Assembly (NCBI RefSeq): GCF_009914755.1
Contig: NC_060943.1
Reading direction: 5' to 3' (one strand)
DNA from: the human T2T-CHM13v2.0 reference genome, Homo sapiens
Length of the DNA: 64,000 bases
Shown here: positions 1 through 19,990 of the stretch, piece by piece
Position numbering within the stretch: the stretch's first letter is position 1
Layout: the number at the start of each line of letters is the position of its first letter
Notes under the pieces: generated by a model
What the model was told of the DNA's origin: nothing
Databases searched by the model: none
What the model saw: the letters and a program-made list of their open reading frames with translations, nothing else
Program-made: the position numbers and the translations under genes

Positions 1-74
1 CCCACCTCCAATAAAGGGGATTAAAATTCCACATGAGATTTCAGACGGAAGTGACAAATATACAAGCTATATCA
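1..74 (-). mobile_element. 5' end of an MST-type MaLR LTR inside the ZNF836 3'UTR (cut by the window edge)
   Basis: Minus strand reads TGATATAGCTTGTATATTTGTC...AAATCTCATGTGGAATTTTAATCCCC...TTGGAGGTGGG, resembling the MST LTR start. Confidence 0.7.
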
Positions 75-85
75 ATAAGTATGAA

Positions 86-2851
<2,766 letters not shown>

Positions 2852-3739
2852 TCAGCTCACTGTGACCTCCACCTCCTGGGTTCGAGCTATTCTTCTGCCT
2901 CAGCCTCCTGAGTAGCTGGGACTACAGGCACACATCACCACACCTGGCTAATTTTTATATTTTTAGTAGAGACAGGGTTTCCCCATATTGGCCAGGCTGG
3001 TCTCGAACTCCTGACCTCGTGATCCGCCCACCTCGGCCCCACAAAGTGCTGGGATTACAGGTGTGAGCCACTGCGCCTGGCCGAACATAGATTTTAAAAA
3101 TAACTAGTATTATTTGTTTTTTTTTAAATAACTACTATTCATAAATATTTTATATTGAAAACATACTACACTAAAAGTAACGTTTATACTAGACAGTTAC
3201 CAAACTTTACCACAATGATCTTCTATTTTTACAAATAAAAAAGGAGTAGAATTCTTCAGTAAAGAAAGAGTAATCACATGTAATTCAAATTAATTTTAAG
3301 GAAACCTAGTTTCAAACATTCAATGACTGAAAGACTCATGTTGTGCAAACATATATTAGCACTAAAACAAGTATTTTTCCACCATGCCCCCAAATCATAC
3401 ATCAACTGGCAGCAAACATATGGCTCTCTCAGAAGAGAAAATAGTTATATACATATATATTTACTTCATATTTATTGTGCATGAATAAATGTCAAATTAC
3501 AGCTAAATATCAACAAGTTCAACTAATTAATGTTCTATATAAATGGCAAGCTAGAATTATAAATCAAAAATAGTACTGGGAAAATGAGAAAGAATTTTTT
3601 GAAGTTATAACACTAAGTTATTTTTCTGAATACTTATTATATAAGTATTAAACCTGTTCTAAAACTACCTATTTCTGGCCGGGCGCAGTGGCTCACACCT
3701 GTAATCCCAGCACTTTGGGAGGCTGAGGTGGGTGGATCA

Positions 3740-3986
<247 letters not shown>

Positions 3987-4037
3987 CTATTTCCATAAAA
4001 AATAGACATTTGCAACACTAACAAGCAGTGCAAGTCA

Positions 4038-4405
4038 GCTATATTGACTTATGTCTGCCAAAACTCGTATGTTGGGGTCCTAATCCTCAATGTAATATTA
4101 CTTGGAGGTGTGAACTTTGGGAGGCAATTAGGTCACCATGGTAGATAGAATTTCAGGAACGGAATAGGAATTTGAGTAGATGTGAAAAAGCTTTTGCTTT
4201 TTGCACGGCAATCCTTCTGCCATGTGAGGACACAGAAAGAGTTAGTCATGATACACCAGGAAAATGGCCCACACCAAGAACCAAGGTGACTGGCTCTGAC
4301 ATGTGGACTGCTCATCACCCAGATCTGTGAAAAGTGACTTCCTGTTGTTTAAACGACCCTATCTATGGTATCTGCTATACCTAACCACATTAAGTTAAAG
4401 CTAAT
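4038..4405 (+). mobile_element. MLT1A-like MaLR LTR
   Basis: Typical motifs: ctttgggaggcaattaggtca, ccttctgccatgtgaggacacag, ctgttgtttaa...tatggta. Confidence 0.65.
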
Positions 4406-5556
4406 ATGCCATCTCATTATAAACATGAAATAATGTTGATATACCTTATTAAACAAAGAAATTTGTGAGTCTTTACTATAAAACATGCAATATTCTAAGC
4501 TAGCAAACAGCACTAACTTGTTTTAAAAAATCTTAAGATAAATTATCACTATTTTACAAATAAGGACAGTAAGACTGCCCACAGGATTTATGTATCTACA
4601 CCCAAATTACGAAGAAAGTAAGACATGAACCTGGGTTTCCGGGATCAAACATGTTTTTAAATAAAACTGGCCAAACAGTCAGTGCAGATAACTGGTCACT
4701 CCAAATACCAAGAGTGTGGAAAGAAATACTTCAAGAGCCAATGTGTGTTGCCAAAACATTATTCAGTCACCCTTCATGAATAACAGTATCTGAGCCATCA
4801 TCCCCTGCACATATTGACATAGACAGTGTTCTCAGAAAGTTGTCAAGTGAATGAGTTACACTGAGTGTAACATGGAAGGTGAGGGAGTACTGCAATAATG
4901 GGAGTGTAAAATTAATATGCTAGTAAGTAACTGGGTAGTCCATCTGGACCAAAGTAATATGTTTGGAAGAGGCAGGGAGGAGGAAGGGCAAGAGGGGAGG
5001 GCAAAGAGTTATAAGCATGGGGCAGCAGCGTTTGTGCTTGCAGAGCTGTGGGTATATAATTGCCCAAAGAATAGTTAAAATCCTGACTTTGGAAGAAAAG
5101 AGAGATACTAATTTAGAAGTAGCGTGGTGACTCACGCCTGTAATCCTAGCACTTCGGGAGGCCAAGGCGGGCAGACTGCCGAGCTCAGGAGTTTGAGACC
5201 AGCCTGGGCAACATGGTGAAACTCCGTCACTACTAAAATACAAAAAATTAGCCGGGAGTGGTGGTGTGAGCCTGTAGTCCCAGCTACTCAGGAGGCTGAG
5301 GTAGGAGAATTGCTTGAACTCAGAAGGCGGAGGTTGCAGTGAGTTGGGTTCACGCCACTGCACTCCAGCCTGGGAGACAAAGCTAGACTCTGTCTCCATT
5401 AAAAAAAAAAAAAAAAAAAAGTACCATTATACTGACTAATACTTAAATATGGGAATTCTACTAAGGGCACAGGACAACAAGGGAAGACATTCAAAAAGGG
5501 GATAGTGTGATGATATGGGAAATGAAAGGCCAGATGCAGCATTATGAAGCTTTTTA

Positions 5557-5883
<327 letters not shown>

Positions 5884-6472
5884 TCACATCAATTTGATTG
5901 TGTGTTTTCACATATCCATGCAAGGCATCTGTGAGAAGGTTATGTGTCCCTAATTTAAGTTTGTTTTAAAATTCAATAGAAGATTATGATATCCCGTAAA
6001 TCAGTGTAGGCTTCTCATTTTTGTGTACAATGCAAGAAATATACAAAGAAATGAACACGTGGTTATCTGTATAAGTATTAGATATTATGTTCAATATATC
6101 AACTGAGTGTCCAGATGAGCTAGTATACAAGTGGTGTCTTGGAGATGACAATGTCCATAGAAGCTTTAAAGAAAGGTCAGAAACTAAAAACTGTGATGAC
6201 CACAGCAACAGCAATGACTGAAGTTTTGGAACACTCCCCATGTGCTGGGCATTACTCCAAATGCTTTACATGTTCTAATTCAAATAATAACATAATAGAT
6301 AGAGAGATAGAGAGATTTGTTCCCATGTTACTAGGAGACAACTATGTCACAGAAAACGCTAAAAAGTCACCTAGGTCAACAACCTGAAAATGGCAGAGCA
6401 GGCATCTAAATCCAGATGTCTGAGAATCAGTCTTGAATCAAAAGAAACAAATGGTTAAATTATGGTTACGGT

Positions 6473-8706
6473 ATGTCTTAGTCTCTCTGTGCTGCTGTAC
6501 CAAGTAAAACAGACTGGGTAATTTATGAACAATAGAAATGTATTTCTCATGATTCTGCTGGCTGGGGAAATCCAAGATCAAGGTGCCAGCAGGACTGATG
6601 TCTGGTGAGAGATGATCCTCGCTTCCAAGATGGTCTTGTTGCTGCACAGGGGACGAATGCTGTTGTCCCCACATGGCAGAAGGGACAGAAAGGGCAAAAA
6701 GCAGTGAACTCCGTAGAATAAGCCTTTTGATATCTCATTGACGAGAACACCATACCCACTGATAAAGGCAGACTTCTCATGATCCAATCTCCTCCTAAAG
6801 GCCACGACTCATAACATTTAAAGATTAGGCACTGGGGATTAAGTTTCAACATGAATTGTGGAGGAGAAAAAAAAAAAAAACTCAGACTGTAACATTCCAC
6901 CCCTGGCCCCCAAAATTGATATACTTCTCACAAACAAAATACATTCTATCCTAATGGCTCCCAAAGCTTTATTTCTACAACCAATTCAAAAGCCTATAGT
7001 CTAGAGTTGTATCTAACTATAATCTAAATCAGATATGGGTGAGACTCAAACATGCATTTCATCCAAAGGCAAACTGCTTTCTAGTTGTGAACCTATGAAA
7101 GCAAACGAGTTATGTGCTTCCAAAATACAATGGTGGGGCAGACACAGGTTAAATATTTCAATTCCAAAAGGGAGAAACAGGAAAGAAGGGGTAGCTGTTC
7201 CCATGTAAGGCTGAAACCCAGCAGGGCATACACATTAAACACTAAGGCTTGACAATAATCTTTGACTCCGTGTCCCACCTTCTAGACATCCTGGAGTAGA
7301 GGTTGGGTCCCAACATCCTGGGGATCCCTGCCCTAGTGGTTTTGTTGGGATCACCCCACATGGAAGTTCTCACAGTGCCTGCAGCTCTCCCGAGCTGGAA
7401 TCACATACCGGTGACTCTACAGTTTTGGGGTCTCAAAGGTGGCCCTGCTCCCAGGGCTTTACTGGACCTTATCCTAACAGGGACTCTCTGAAGTTGGCCC
7501 CACCTCCACAGCTAGACTGAGCATTGCCTTAGTGGGGACTTCCAGGGACAGCCTCACTCCTATGGCATTTTTATGCCTAGGCTCCAAGGATCTCTGAGGC
7601 ATTCTTTGAAATCTAGATGGAAGTAACCGTGAGTCCACATCTCATGCCCTCTGCACACTTTTAGTTAGCACTGTGTTGATGTTGCCAAGGTTTACAGTTT
7701 GTGTGTTGTAACCGACCTCAATCCCTGGTGGACTGAACAAAGCGGGTGAACGCGGGAATAAAAGAAAAAGACAAGAGAGTATATTTGGAAGAAGGGGCCA
7801 GGGGGCATCTTGCCTCTAGTGGACAAGGGCCCTGAGCTTTTTCAGCCCTCCAAATTTATTAGGTAAAAGAGATAACCAGAAGTGGGGGTGATTGTTGGTA
7901 ACTCAGTCGGCCGTTTGGATCACAGCAGGCTTGCAAGACTGCATCCTTCCAACAATAAGCTCTAGATTTCCCAGTAGATAACTTCAAGGAGCCCGGCGCC
8001 AGGGAGTGACGGCCCTCAGCAAACCTTCTGGCGGCAGGCGCAGTCGTGAGTTTGCCCACATCCTGCATTCATGGTAAACAGTTTGCTGTTTGATCATATA
8101 GCCTCCAGTGGAATGCTAAGTTGATCACGATCCCTTTGGCCTTTTTAGCTCCCAACAGTGTGTGCCCTCTGGAGTGGTGGCTGGTCCGCACCTGGCCCCA
8201 CTTCAGTCATAGGTGGGGTAGCCAAGGACCTCTGCTCTGAAATACAGAGATCACAGACCTGAGGTATCAGAGTTCCGAGGTCCAAAGGGCACCCTGGGCC
8301 ACTCCCTTGAAACTATTCTGCCCTCAAGGCCCTGGCACTCTGGACCTACAATGGGCACAGCAGTCTCAAAGATCTCTAAAATGCCTTTGGGATGATTCTC
8401 TGATTGTCTCAATAATCAGGTCCTGGCTTACTTCTATCCATACTAATCTCCTTGTCAGAGGCCACTTGGCTACACCCCTCTTGGTTTTCTCTCCTAAATA
8501 CACTTTTAATTCTTTACATGGCCAGGCTGAGAATTTTCCAAATCTTTACACTGGGCTTTGAAAACAAACTGTTTTTAACTCATTTCTCTCTTCTCCTGTT
8601 TTACTATAAACAGGTCAGAGAAGCCATGCAGCAACCTGAACAATTTGCTTTGAGAGTGTTTCTAACAAACATCTTAGTTCATCACTCTTAAATTCTGCTT
8701 TCCACA
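6473..8706 (-). mobile_element. MST-type MaLR LTR (about 6473-6893) plus internal sequence (about 6894-8706), interrupted by an LTR3 solo LTR
   Basis: LTR motifs agactgggtaatttat, caagatcaaggtgccagca, ggggattaagtttcaacatgaatt; internal motif tgtgcttccaaaatacaatggtgggg. Confidence 0.7.
7707..8157 (-). mobile_element. HERV-K(HML-6) LTR3-type solo LTR, 451 bp
   Basis: TG...CA ends (TGTTGGGAGCTAAAAAGGCCAAAGGGATCGTG...GGTTACA); perfect 6-bp TSD GTGTGT (7701-7706 / 8158-8163); AATAAA in LTR orientation. Confidence 0.85.
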
Positions 8707-9224
8707 GCCCGGGTGCGGTGGCTCACGCCTGTAATCCCAGCACTTTGGGAGGCCGAGGTGGGCGGATCACAAGGTCAAGAGATCGAAACCATCCTGGCCA
8801 ACATGGTGAAACCCCGTCTCTACTGAAAATTCAAGATGAGATTTGGGTGGAGACACAACCAAAGCCTATCAACTGGTTTCTGTCTTGCCTGAATATAATC
8901 ACTGAAAGGAACAGGATGAAAGGTTAGGGGCCACTGAGAAAAAAGAAGATTGACATAAACCAGTGTGTGCAGTAACACGGAAAGACACTAGGTAAGATCT
9001 AGTACCATAGGTGACTGCAGCACCAGAGTCTTCAATAGCGCAGACAGGTAACAGGGGAGCTTCTGAGTAGAAACCAGCAAACCTCTTCAATTAGGAGATG
9101 ACAAGCAAAGGCTCAGAGAGGACACAATCCCCAGTCAGAAAATTATAATTGTGTGTGTGTTGTTGTTGTTTTAGATGGATCGTTCTACTGAACTCCAGCC
9201 TGGGCAATAGAGTGAAACCCTGCC

Positions 9225-9783
<559 letters not shown>

Positions 9784-11040
9784 TCAGACAGAAGAAGGAA
9801 TCAGTGAACTCAAAGGGGATTTTGACAGGGAGAGAAACAAAAACTATAAAAAACAGAGAAAAATGAAGAGAGCATGAGGGGCTCATGGCAAACAATCAAG
9901 CACCAAGAACATATGTATTCTGGAAGTCCAATAAATAATGTGAATATATATAACATTACTTAACTGTAAGTAAACAAACAAGCTTTACTGAAAGGCATAA
10001 TATAATCAAAGGCTGGGTTCAATGGCTCATGCCTGTAATCCCAGCACTTCTGGAGGCTAAGGCAAGCGGATGACTTGAGTTCAGGAGTTTGAGACCAGCT
10101 TGGTCAACATGGTGAAACCCCCTCTCTCTGAAAAATACAAAAAAATTAGCTGGATATGGTGGTGAGTGCCAATAGTCCCAGCTGCTCAGGAAGCTGTGGC
10201 AGGAGGATCCCTTAAACCTGGGAGGCGGAGGTTGCAGTTGGCCCAGATCATGCCACTGCACTCCAGCCTGGGCAACAGAGCCAGATTCCATCACCAAAAG
10301 AAAGATGCATGCAAAGAAAATGTAAGCAAGAAAACCTTAGATCTAAAAGAAACATAGTATTTTATAATCACTCTGTGAGCCAGGCCTTCCAGAAAAAGAT
10401 AAAGGAAAACATTTATTTATTTTTGCTTTTGTGGTATGCCATCCTAAAAGAGGCACTCACTCTTTAAACTGCCCAACCTGGAGGAAACTTCAGACATCTG
10501 TGGTGAAGATAGCATGCATACAGGCAGCCACGGTGACATTCTTTGTAACAGCAAAAAACAGTAAAAGACCCATACGTCTTCATTTAGGCACTGCTCCAAA
10601 GAGGATGCAAAACAAACTATTAGTGTTTATTAACATAAAAATATGTACGCTTCAAAAACTTGCAAAACAAAACTTCACAGCAGAACATTCACTGAAGAAT
10701 TGTTTTCTGAAATCTCATAATGACGTGTAAATGCAACTTGACACCTCTCACTGACTCTTGCCACAGAACTTGCAACAGTAGCTCCCCACAGAAACATGAG
10801 GGATGGTGGATGATGTGATAGGGAAAGGAACCTGGGTTCCCCCAGGTTGGGCACTTGAAAGAGTGATCGCTTCCTCTAGGATGGTGCATTTCCTGCTTTG
10901 CTAGATCTGGCAAGATTCTCCACTACCCTGAGCTGCAAAGCAGCCCTCTCCCACCAACATCACACGAGATTTCTCACTCATTTGAACAAAACCTACTACT
11001 ATGTTTCTTTTAGATGTTGAAGATCTGGGGAAAATGATAA

Positions 11041-11475
<435 letters not shown>

Positions 11476-11725
11476 TGAGCCACTGCGCCTGGCCAATGTC
11501 CTTTTTTAAGATTATAAATTTTTTTTTAGCATAAAACTGAAATGTTTCCTTGATGCCCCATGTTTTATGTTTGCTTATAAATTTTATGGTATATATAAGG
11601 TATACAACATGATATTACAGTATAGATAGTAAAAAAAGTCACTATGGTTTAACAAATTAACATATCCATCATCTCAGAGGTACCTTTTTTTTTGACAGGA
11701 ACAGCTAAAATCTAACATAGCATGA

Positions 11726-11990
<265 letters not shown>

Positions 11991-12571
11991 TAGCCAGGAT
12001 GGTCTCGATCTCCTGACCTCGTGATCCGCCCGCCTCGGCCTCCCAAAGTGCTGGGATTACAGGCGTGAGCCACCGCGCCCGGCCTGTACCAACTTCTTAA
12101 TGCCTCAACTGCATCTCTGCTTGGACTTTTACTGCAAACAAATATATTATGTGATGTTTAAAATAAAAGAAATATGATGTTCAGTAATAACTGGTGGAAT
12201 GAGAGAATTTGGCTCCATCTTCTCTAATAACAAAGGAGTTCTGCTCCTACATCTGAGCAAAATTATAACCTTTTTACATAAAACAACTGCTAAGAGTCCC
12301 AGCATGAACACCGCAGTCTCTGTGGGACGGATACAGTGACAATGGCTAAAAGAATCTGACATTCAGGTTGATTTTATATTTTAAAATCAATGATGGGCCG
12401 GGCACGGTGGGTCACACCTGTAATCCCTGCATTTTGGGAGGCCGAGGCGGGAGGATCACCTGAGGTTGGGAGTTCTAGACCAGCCTGACCAACATGGTGA
12501 AACCCCATCTCTACTAAAAATACAAAAATCAGCCGGGCGTGGTGGCGCATGCCTGTAATCCCAGCTACTCA

Positions 12572-12676
<105 letters not shown>

Positions 12677-13264
12677 TCAAAAAAAAAAAAAAAAAAAAAA
12701 AAAATCAATGATAAAATAAACACCCTCTATCACTGACGTGTGTATCTAATTGTCCATTCCATTCCCAGTCATTAAGATTTTGAAGTTAGAAACAGTGATT
12801 AATTCATACACCTTCAAATGTAGTATAAAATTAGGCAGAAAAGATCTCCCCTCATAGGCCTCTTTTCCAGAATTTATGAGGTATCGTGCACATTAATATG
12901 TGACTTCCGTGTGCAGCTTCTCTACTTCTGGTCTACAGAGAGCTGACTGCATCCTGATTTTGCCTCTAAACAATCTCTGCTGCCAACAGCTCTGACATTG
13001 TGGGGCCCATACCCCGTCTCCATCCGTGTCTGGGTGTGAGTCTCTCCCAGGACCATGCCCAGTGGAGCCTCTTCCCAAGTTAATGTCACTGGGTCGCAGT
13101 GAGATAGAAGCTAAATGAGATGAGAGAAACTGAGGGAAGGCATGGGTGAATGGCAGCAAACGTGTCAGGCAGGATGCTTCAGACTCAGAGGAGATTCGCA
13201 ACTCCAATGTGTCGCATTTCAAAAAGGAAGGAGACAGAATGATCCACTAAGAATATCATTTTAC

Positions 13265-13279
13265 CTGTGTAAGAGCCAT
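13265..13279 (-). CDS. ZNF836: ZNF836 start-codon exon, coding part MALTQ (whole exon about 13265-13359 including 5'UTR)
   Basis: gggATG GCT CTT ACA CAG|GTAAA is a phase-0 donor matching the KRAB exon. Upstream acceptor cactttcAG at 13361-13360. Purine-rich leader typical of this ZNF subfamily. Confidence 0.92.
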
Positions 13280-13575
13280 CCCTGACTCCTTTTCTTTCCT
13301 CTTCTTCCTCTTCTGGGCTTCTCTCTCAGTCAATATAATTAATTCTTTACAAGTCAAATCTGAAAGTGAAAAATCTGTTGTTTAATGCTTGGAAACAACA
13401 CATTCCTTTCTGCGCTACAACCATGCCCACAGGGAAGACCTCAGCATGTGGAGAGACAGCCCACTGCACCAGGGGGATGCAAGGATAATAAATTCCTAAA
13501 CAAAGACCAAGTGTCCTGGCATGGTGGCTCACGCCTGTAATCCCAGCACCTTAGGAGGCAGAGGCGGGCAGATCA

Positions 13576-13812
<237 letters not shown>

Positions 13813-13899
13813 TCAATAAAAATAAAAAAGAAAATGTATGATGTGTCTGTATACTTATCTTTATGTGTACGTGTATTTATATAGATATATATAGTATGC

Positions 13900-14275
13900 G
13901 TACATATGTATAATGGACTTATTCAACCATCAAAAAGAAGAAAATCCTGCTATTTGCAACAACATGGATGAACCATGCAATCTCCGCCTCCCAGGTTCAA
14001 GCGATTCTCCTGCTATTTGCAACAACATGGATGAACCTGGAAGACATTACGCTAGGTGAAATAAGACAGACACTAAAAGACAATTACTGTATGACCTCAC
14101 AAGCAGAATTTTAAAGTATCCAATTCATAGGAACAGGGTAGAACAGTTGTTGCCAGGGGCTGGTGGTGGGGAGAATGGAAAAATGTTGGCCAAAGCGTAT
14201 AAACTTTCAGTTATAAAATGAAGAAGTTCAGGGGAATCTAACGTACACCGTGGTGTCTATACTGTATTGGACACT
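13900..14275 (+). mobile_element. Old L1 (L1MA/MB-type) 3' fragment
   Basis: atttgcaacaacatggatgaacctggaagacattacgctaggtgaaataag...aaactttcagttataa. Confidence 0.75.
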
Positions 14276-14628
14276 TTAACAGTTTGGAAAGTTTTTGAAA
14301 AATTTAATGAGTTATAGGGTGAAAGTTTAAAAAAATGACAATACTTAACATTTAGAAATGAATGACGTCAGCTGATTATAGGATGCCACCAAATCTTATT
14401 TCAGAAGTCAGTAATTATTTATAGAAAGGCAGATATTGAATAAACTAACACTTATCTCAAGCTTCCAAAATAACGATGAATTAAGTGGAACTACAAAGAA
14501 AAAAGTAGGCCAGGCGCAGTAGCTCACACCTGTAATCCCAGTACTTTAGGAGGCCGAGGCCGGCAGATCACCTGAGGTTGGGAGTTCAAGACCAGCCTGA
14601 CCAACATGGAGAAACTCTGTCTCTACTA

Positions 14629-14841
<213 letters not shown>

Positions 14842-15334
14842 TCATACAAAGATATACCTCGTAGGCCTGGCGTGGTGGCTCCCGTCTGTAATCCCAGCAC
14901 TCTGAGGCAGAAAGACTGCTTGAGCCCAGGAGGTTGAGGCTGCAGTGAGCGGAGATCATGGCACTGTACTCTAGTCTGACAGAGCAAGACCCTGTCTCAA
15001 AAAAGAAAAAAAAAAAAAAAAGACATACCTTGTAGTGACAGTGACAGTCATTTATCGCCCCATTTCTCAGTTACTCTATCCTCTACCCCATCCCAGGGAA
15101 GAAAAGAGTTACCACGAATGACTTAATTTAAATGCTCTCTGGCTAAACAGAAATTCCAAATATCTTTTGATACAAATAAATACAAAATGCACAAGCCTTA
15201 CAGAAAAGAGTGGTAATTTTCATCCTCACGAGTACAATTTAAAGAAATGAATTTTAAATTAGAGTATAAAGTCACAAATTAGAATATTACAACCACCATC
15301 CATATCCAATCAACTCATCGCTCATCTGGATGGG

Positions 15335-16020
15335 GTCCTCTCCCACTTTCTTCACTACTGTGTGTGTCCCTCTCTCATTCTGCACCTTTCCTCCCCTTTT
15401 CTGTTTTTCTCCTCTTTATGTCTGTTCTGCCCGATGCTCTGCAACTTACTTCACCTCTCGTAGCTCTTTCTCCCCAATCTTTCTGATTGTCCCCAATCTC
15501 CACGTATTTCCGCCTCTTTTTCCCCATCTGAGCTCCCTCTCTGCTCTCCTTGTTAAAATTCCCTCTTACCTGTTACACCTCCTTTGTTCCCACTCTCTAG
15601 CACCCCCAACTCCCTAGGCTTCCTCCCTGCTGTGGTTCTCCCTCTACTCTGCTTGTCACCCACTGCCCTCTCTCCCTCTCTTTCAGTCCCAGCACCACGT
15701 AGCTCTGTCGGCTGCGGCTCCAACTCTTTCACCTTCTCCCCACTGTCTGTCTGCAGTGCCTCCTCCTTTGCCGCCCCACTCTATTTTGCTGCCTTTCATC
15801 TCTCTGAAGGTCCCCCTTTTTTTCTAAATTTCTCTGTGTGCTTTCCTCCCCCTGCTTCTTTCTCCATTCGTTCTCTTTCACTCTTGCTGTCTCTTTGCAA
15901 ATCCCTAAATTATCATCCATTTTGCCGTGTATTTATGGGTCTCCCTCATTCTCTTCTATTCGGTCTTTCCTTTTGCTCCGTCGCTCCCCTTCTTTTCCTC
16001 TCCTGATCCCTCTCACCCAC
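15335..16020. repeat. Pyrimidine-rich (CT) low-complexity tract near the ZNF836 5' end
   Basis: Strong C/T bias on the plus strand over about 700 bp. Confidence 0.75.
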
Positions 16021-16099
16021 ACATTCAGTAAGAAAGGGGAGGAATAGGATGCCCACCTCCCGGAAAAGCATATTTTCCAGTGGAGTAAAATTTGGGAAG

Positions 16100-16970
16100 G
16101 AAGAACACTGGGTGTCACAAGACTCAGGTGACCTCCCCCAAGGGGGGGATCGAGAAAAGCAGTGGCTGTGAAGGGGAAGCCTGGGGAGCGAAAGGACCCG
16201 GCGTGAGGAGGACACAAGGTGGCAGGGGGTACGGTGTCTCAGGACAGGGAGGGTCTGCAGAATCCCAGGACCTGGGAGGAGAAGCGACTCCTTCAGGAGC
16301 CGGACGGCGGGCGCTCCCCTCCAGGGGCTGACGACGGAGAAGCTCCGGGGTCGCAACGGGCGGGAATCCACCTCCCGAGTGAGGACTCGACTTGGCGCAG
16401 GGCCGAAGCAGAGGTCAGTAAGGGTTTTAAGCAGGAACACGACCTGAGTGGGGTTGTCTACATGGTCCTAAGGCAGAAAGGCAGGGAGCAAGGAACAGCC
16501 TCAGAGAGATTTTTAAACCGAAAGGGAAGCAATTATCAGACTTACTTGGGGCGAAGGGGCTGTTGCTGGTATTTTAAGGTCCGTAGCGATCCCCAGGAAA
16601 CGGGTATGGACAAGGGAAGACTGCCAAGTGCACGTTCGATTCAGGCAGACGGGGCGAAGCAAATGTTTAGTCCAGGTAGACGGAAACTGACGCGCAGCGC
16701 TGTGATCTTTTCCCCGCGCGATCTGCTTCCGGGTGTGCAGGAAGCTACACGCCCTGAGAAAAAAGACTGAGAGACCTGGGGCGGGAGAGGGGCCTGGGCG
16801 GGGTGCGACCCGCAAGGGAAAGGGCAGAAAGACGGGCCAGATTTGGGAACCCTGAAAGGGTGGGGCAAGGCTGATGCGGTAGTGGGCGGGGCCAGGTGGG
16901 CTAAGCGGGACGGGCGGTGTGGGCGGGACCTGTTTGGTGGGCGGGGCCTGTTATTCGCTCTGCCTTCCAC
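16100..16970 (-). promoter_or_regulatory. ZNF836: ZNF836 CpG-rich promoter / non-coding first exon region
   Basis: CpG-dense; clustered GC boxes (GGGCGG near 16884, 16912, 16921, 16939); ETS site CTTCCGG near 16726; possible exon-1 donor gcgc|GTCAGT at 16691-16690 (not certain). Confidence 0.8.
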
Positions 16971-17294
16971 CCAGCAAGTCTTTGTTCTCCCGATTTAGGA
17001 GTATTTGTGACTATTTCTTGTCCTGTGAAGCAGCGTTGCTTCCTGCCTATTTTAAGTTAATGTTTTAGACTTTAAGGTCAAAGCTTAAAGTTGTGGTCCA
17101 CTTCTGTTGGAAACTAAGATGTTTTCTTCTTGTCAAGTTGAACTGATTTAAGTCAAAATCGATTTTTGCGAGCCTGGTGGACTCCATCGGGTCTTGCCAG
17201 TGAGGCTGAAGCCAGTTAAGGCTGAAGTTACTCAGTAGTCAGGGAACTAGGATCTCCGTGAAGATCTGATGTGCAGCCGTGGCTGGATCCAGGA

Positions 17295-19180
<1,886 letters not shown>

Positions 19181-19447
19181 CTGGCACTACAGGCATGTGC
19201 CACCACACCTGACTAATTTTCAAATTTTTTGTAGAGATAGGGTTTCACGTTGTTGTCCATGCTGGTCTTGAACTCCTGGGCTCAAGTGAGCCTCCTGCCT
19301 TGGCCGCCCAAACTGTAAAGTAGATAAAATTTAAAAAATGTATATTTTTCCAAGGCCGGGGGCTGTGGCTCACACCTGTAATCCCAGCACTTTGGGAGAC
19401 TGACGGGGGCTGATCACGAGGTCAGGAGATCGAGACCATCCTGGCTA

Positions 19448-19990
<543 letters not shown>

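Noticed and set aside
7811-7824. CTCF-like CCACTAGAGGCA in both LTR3 copies
   Set aside because: It lacks one G of the core (AGAGGGC) and is part of the LTR consensus; too weak to call.
16219-16770. 183-aa plus-strand ORF as a standalone gene
   Set aside because: GTG start, GC-rich island and no recognisable domain; only its splice-fusion possibility is kept as a speculative finding.
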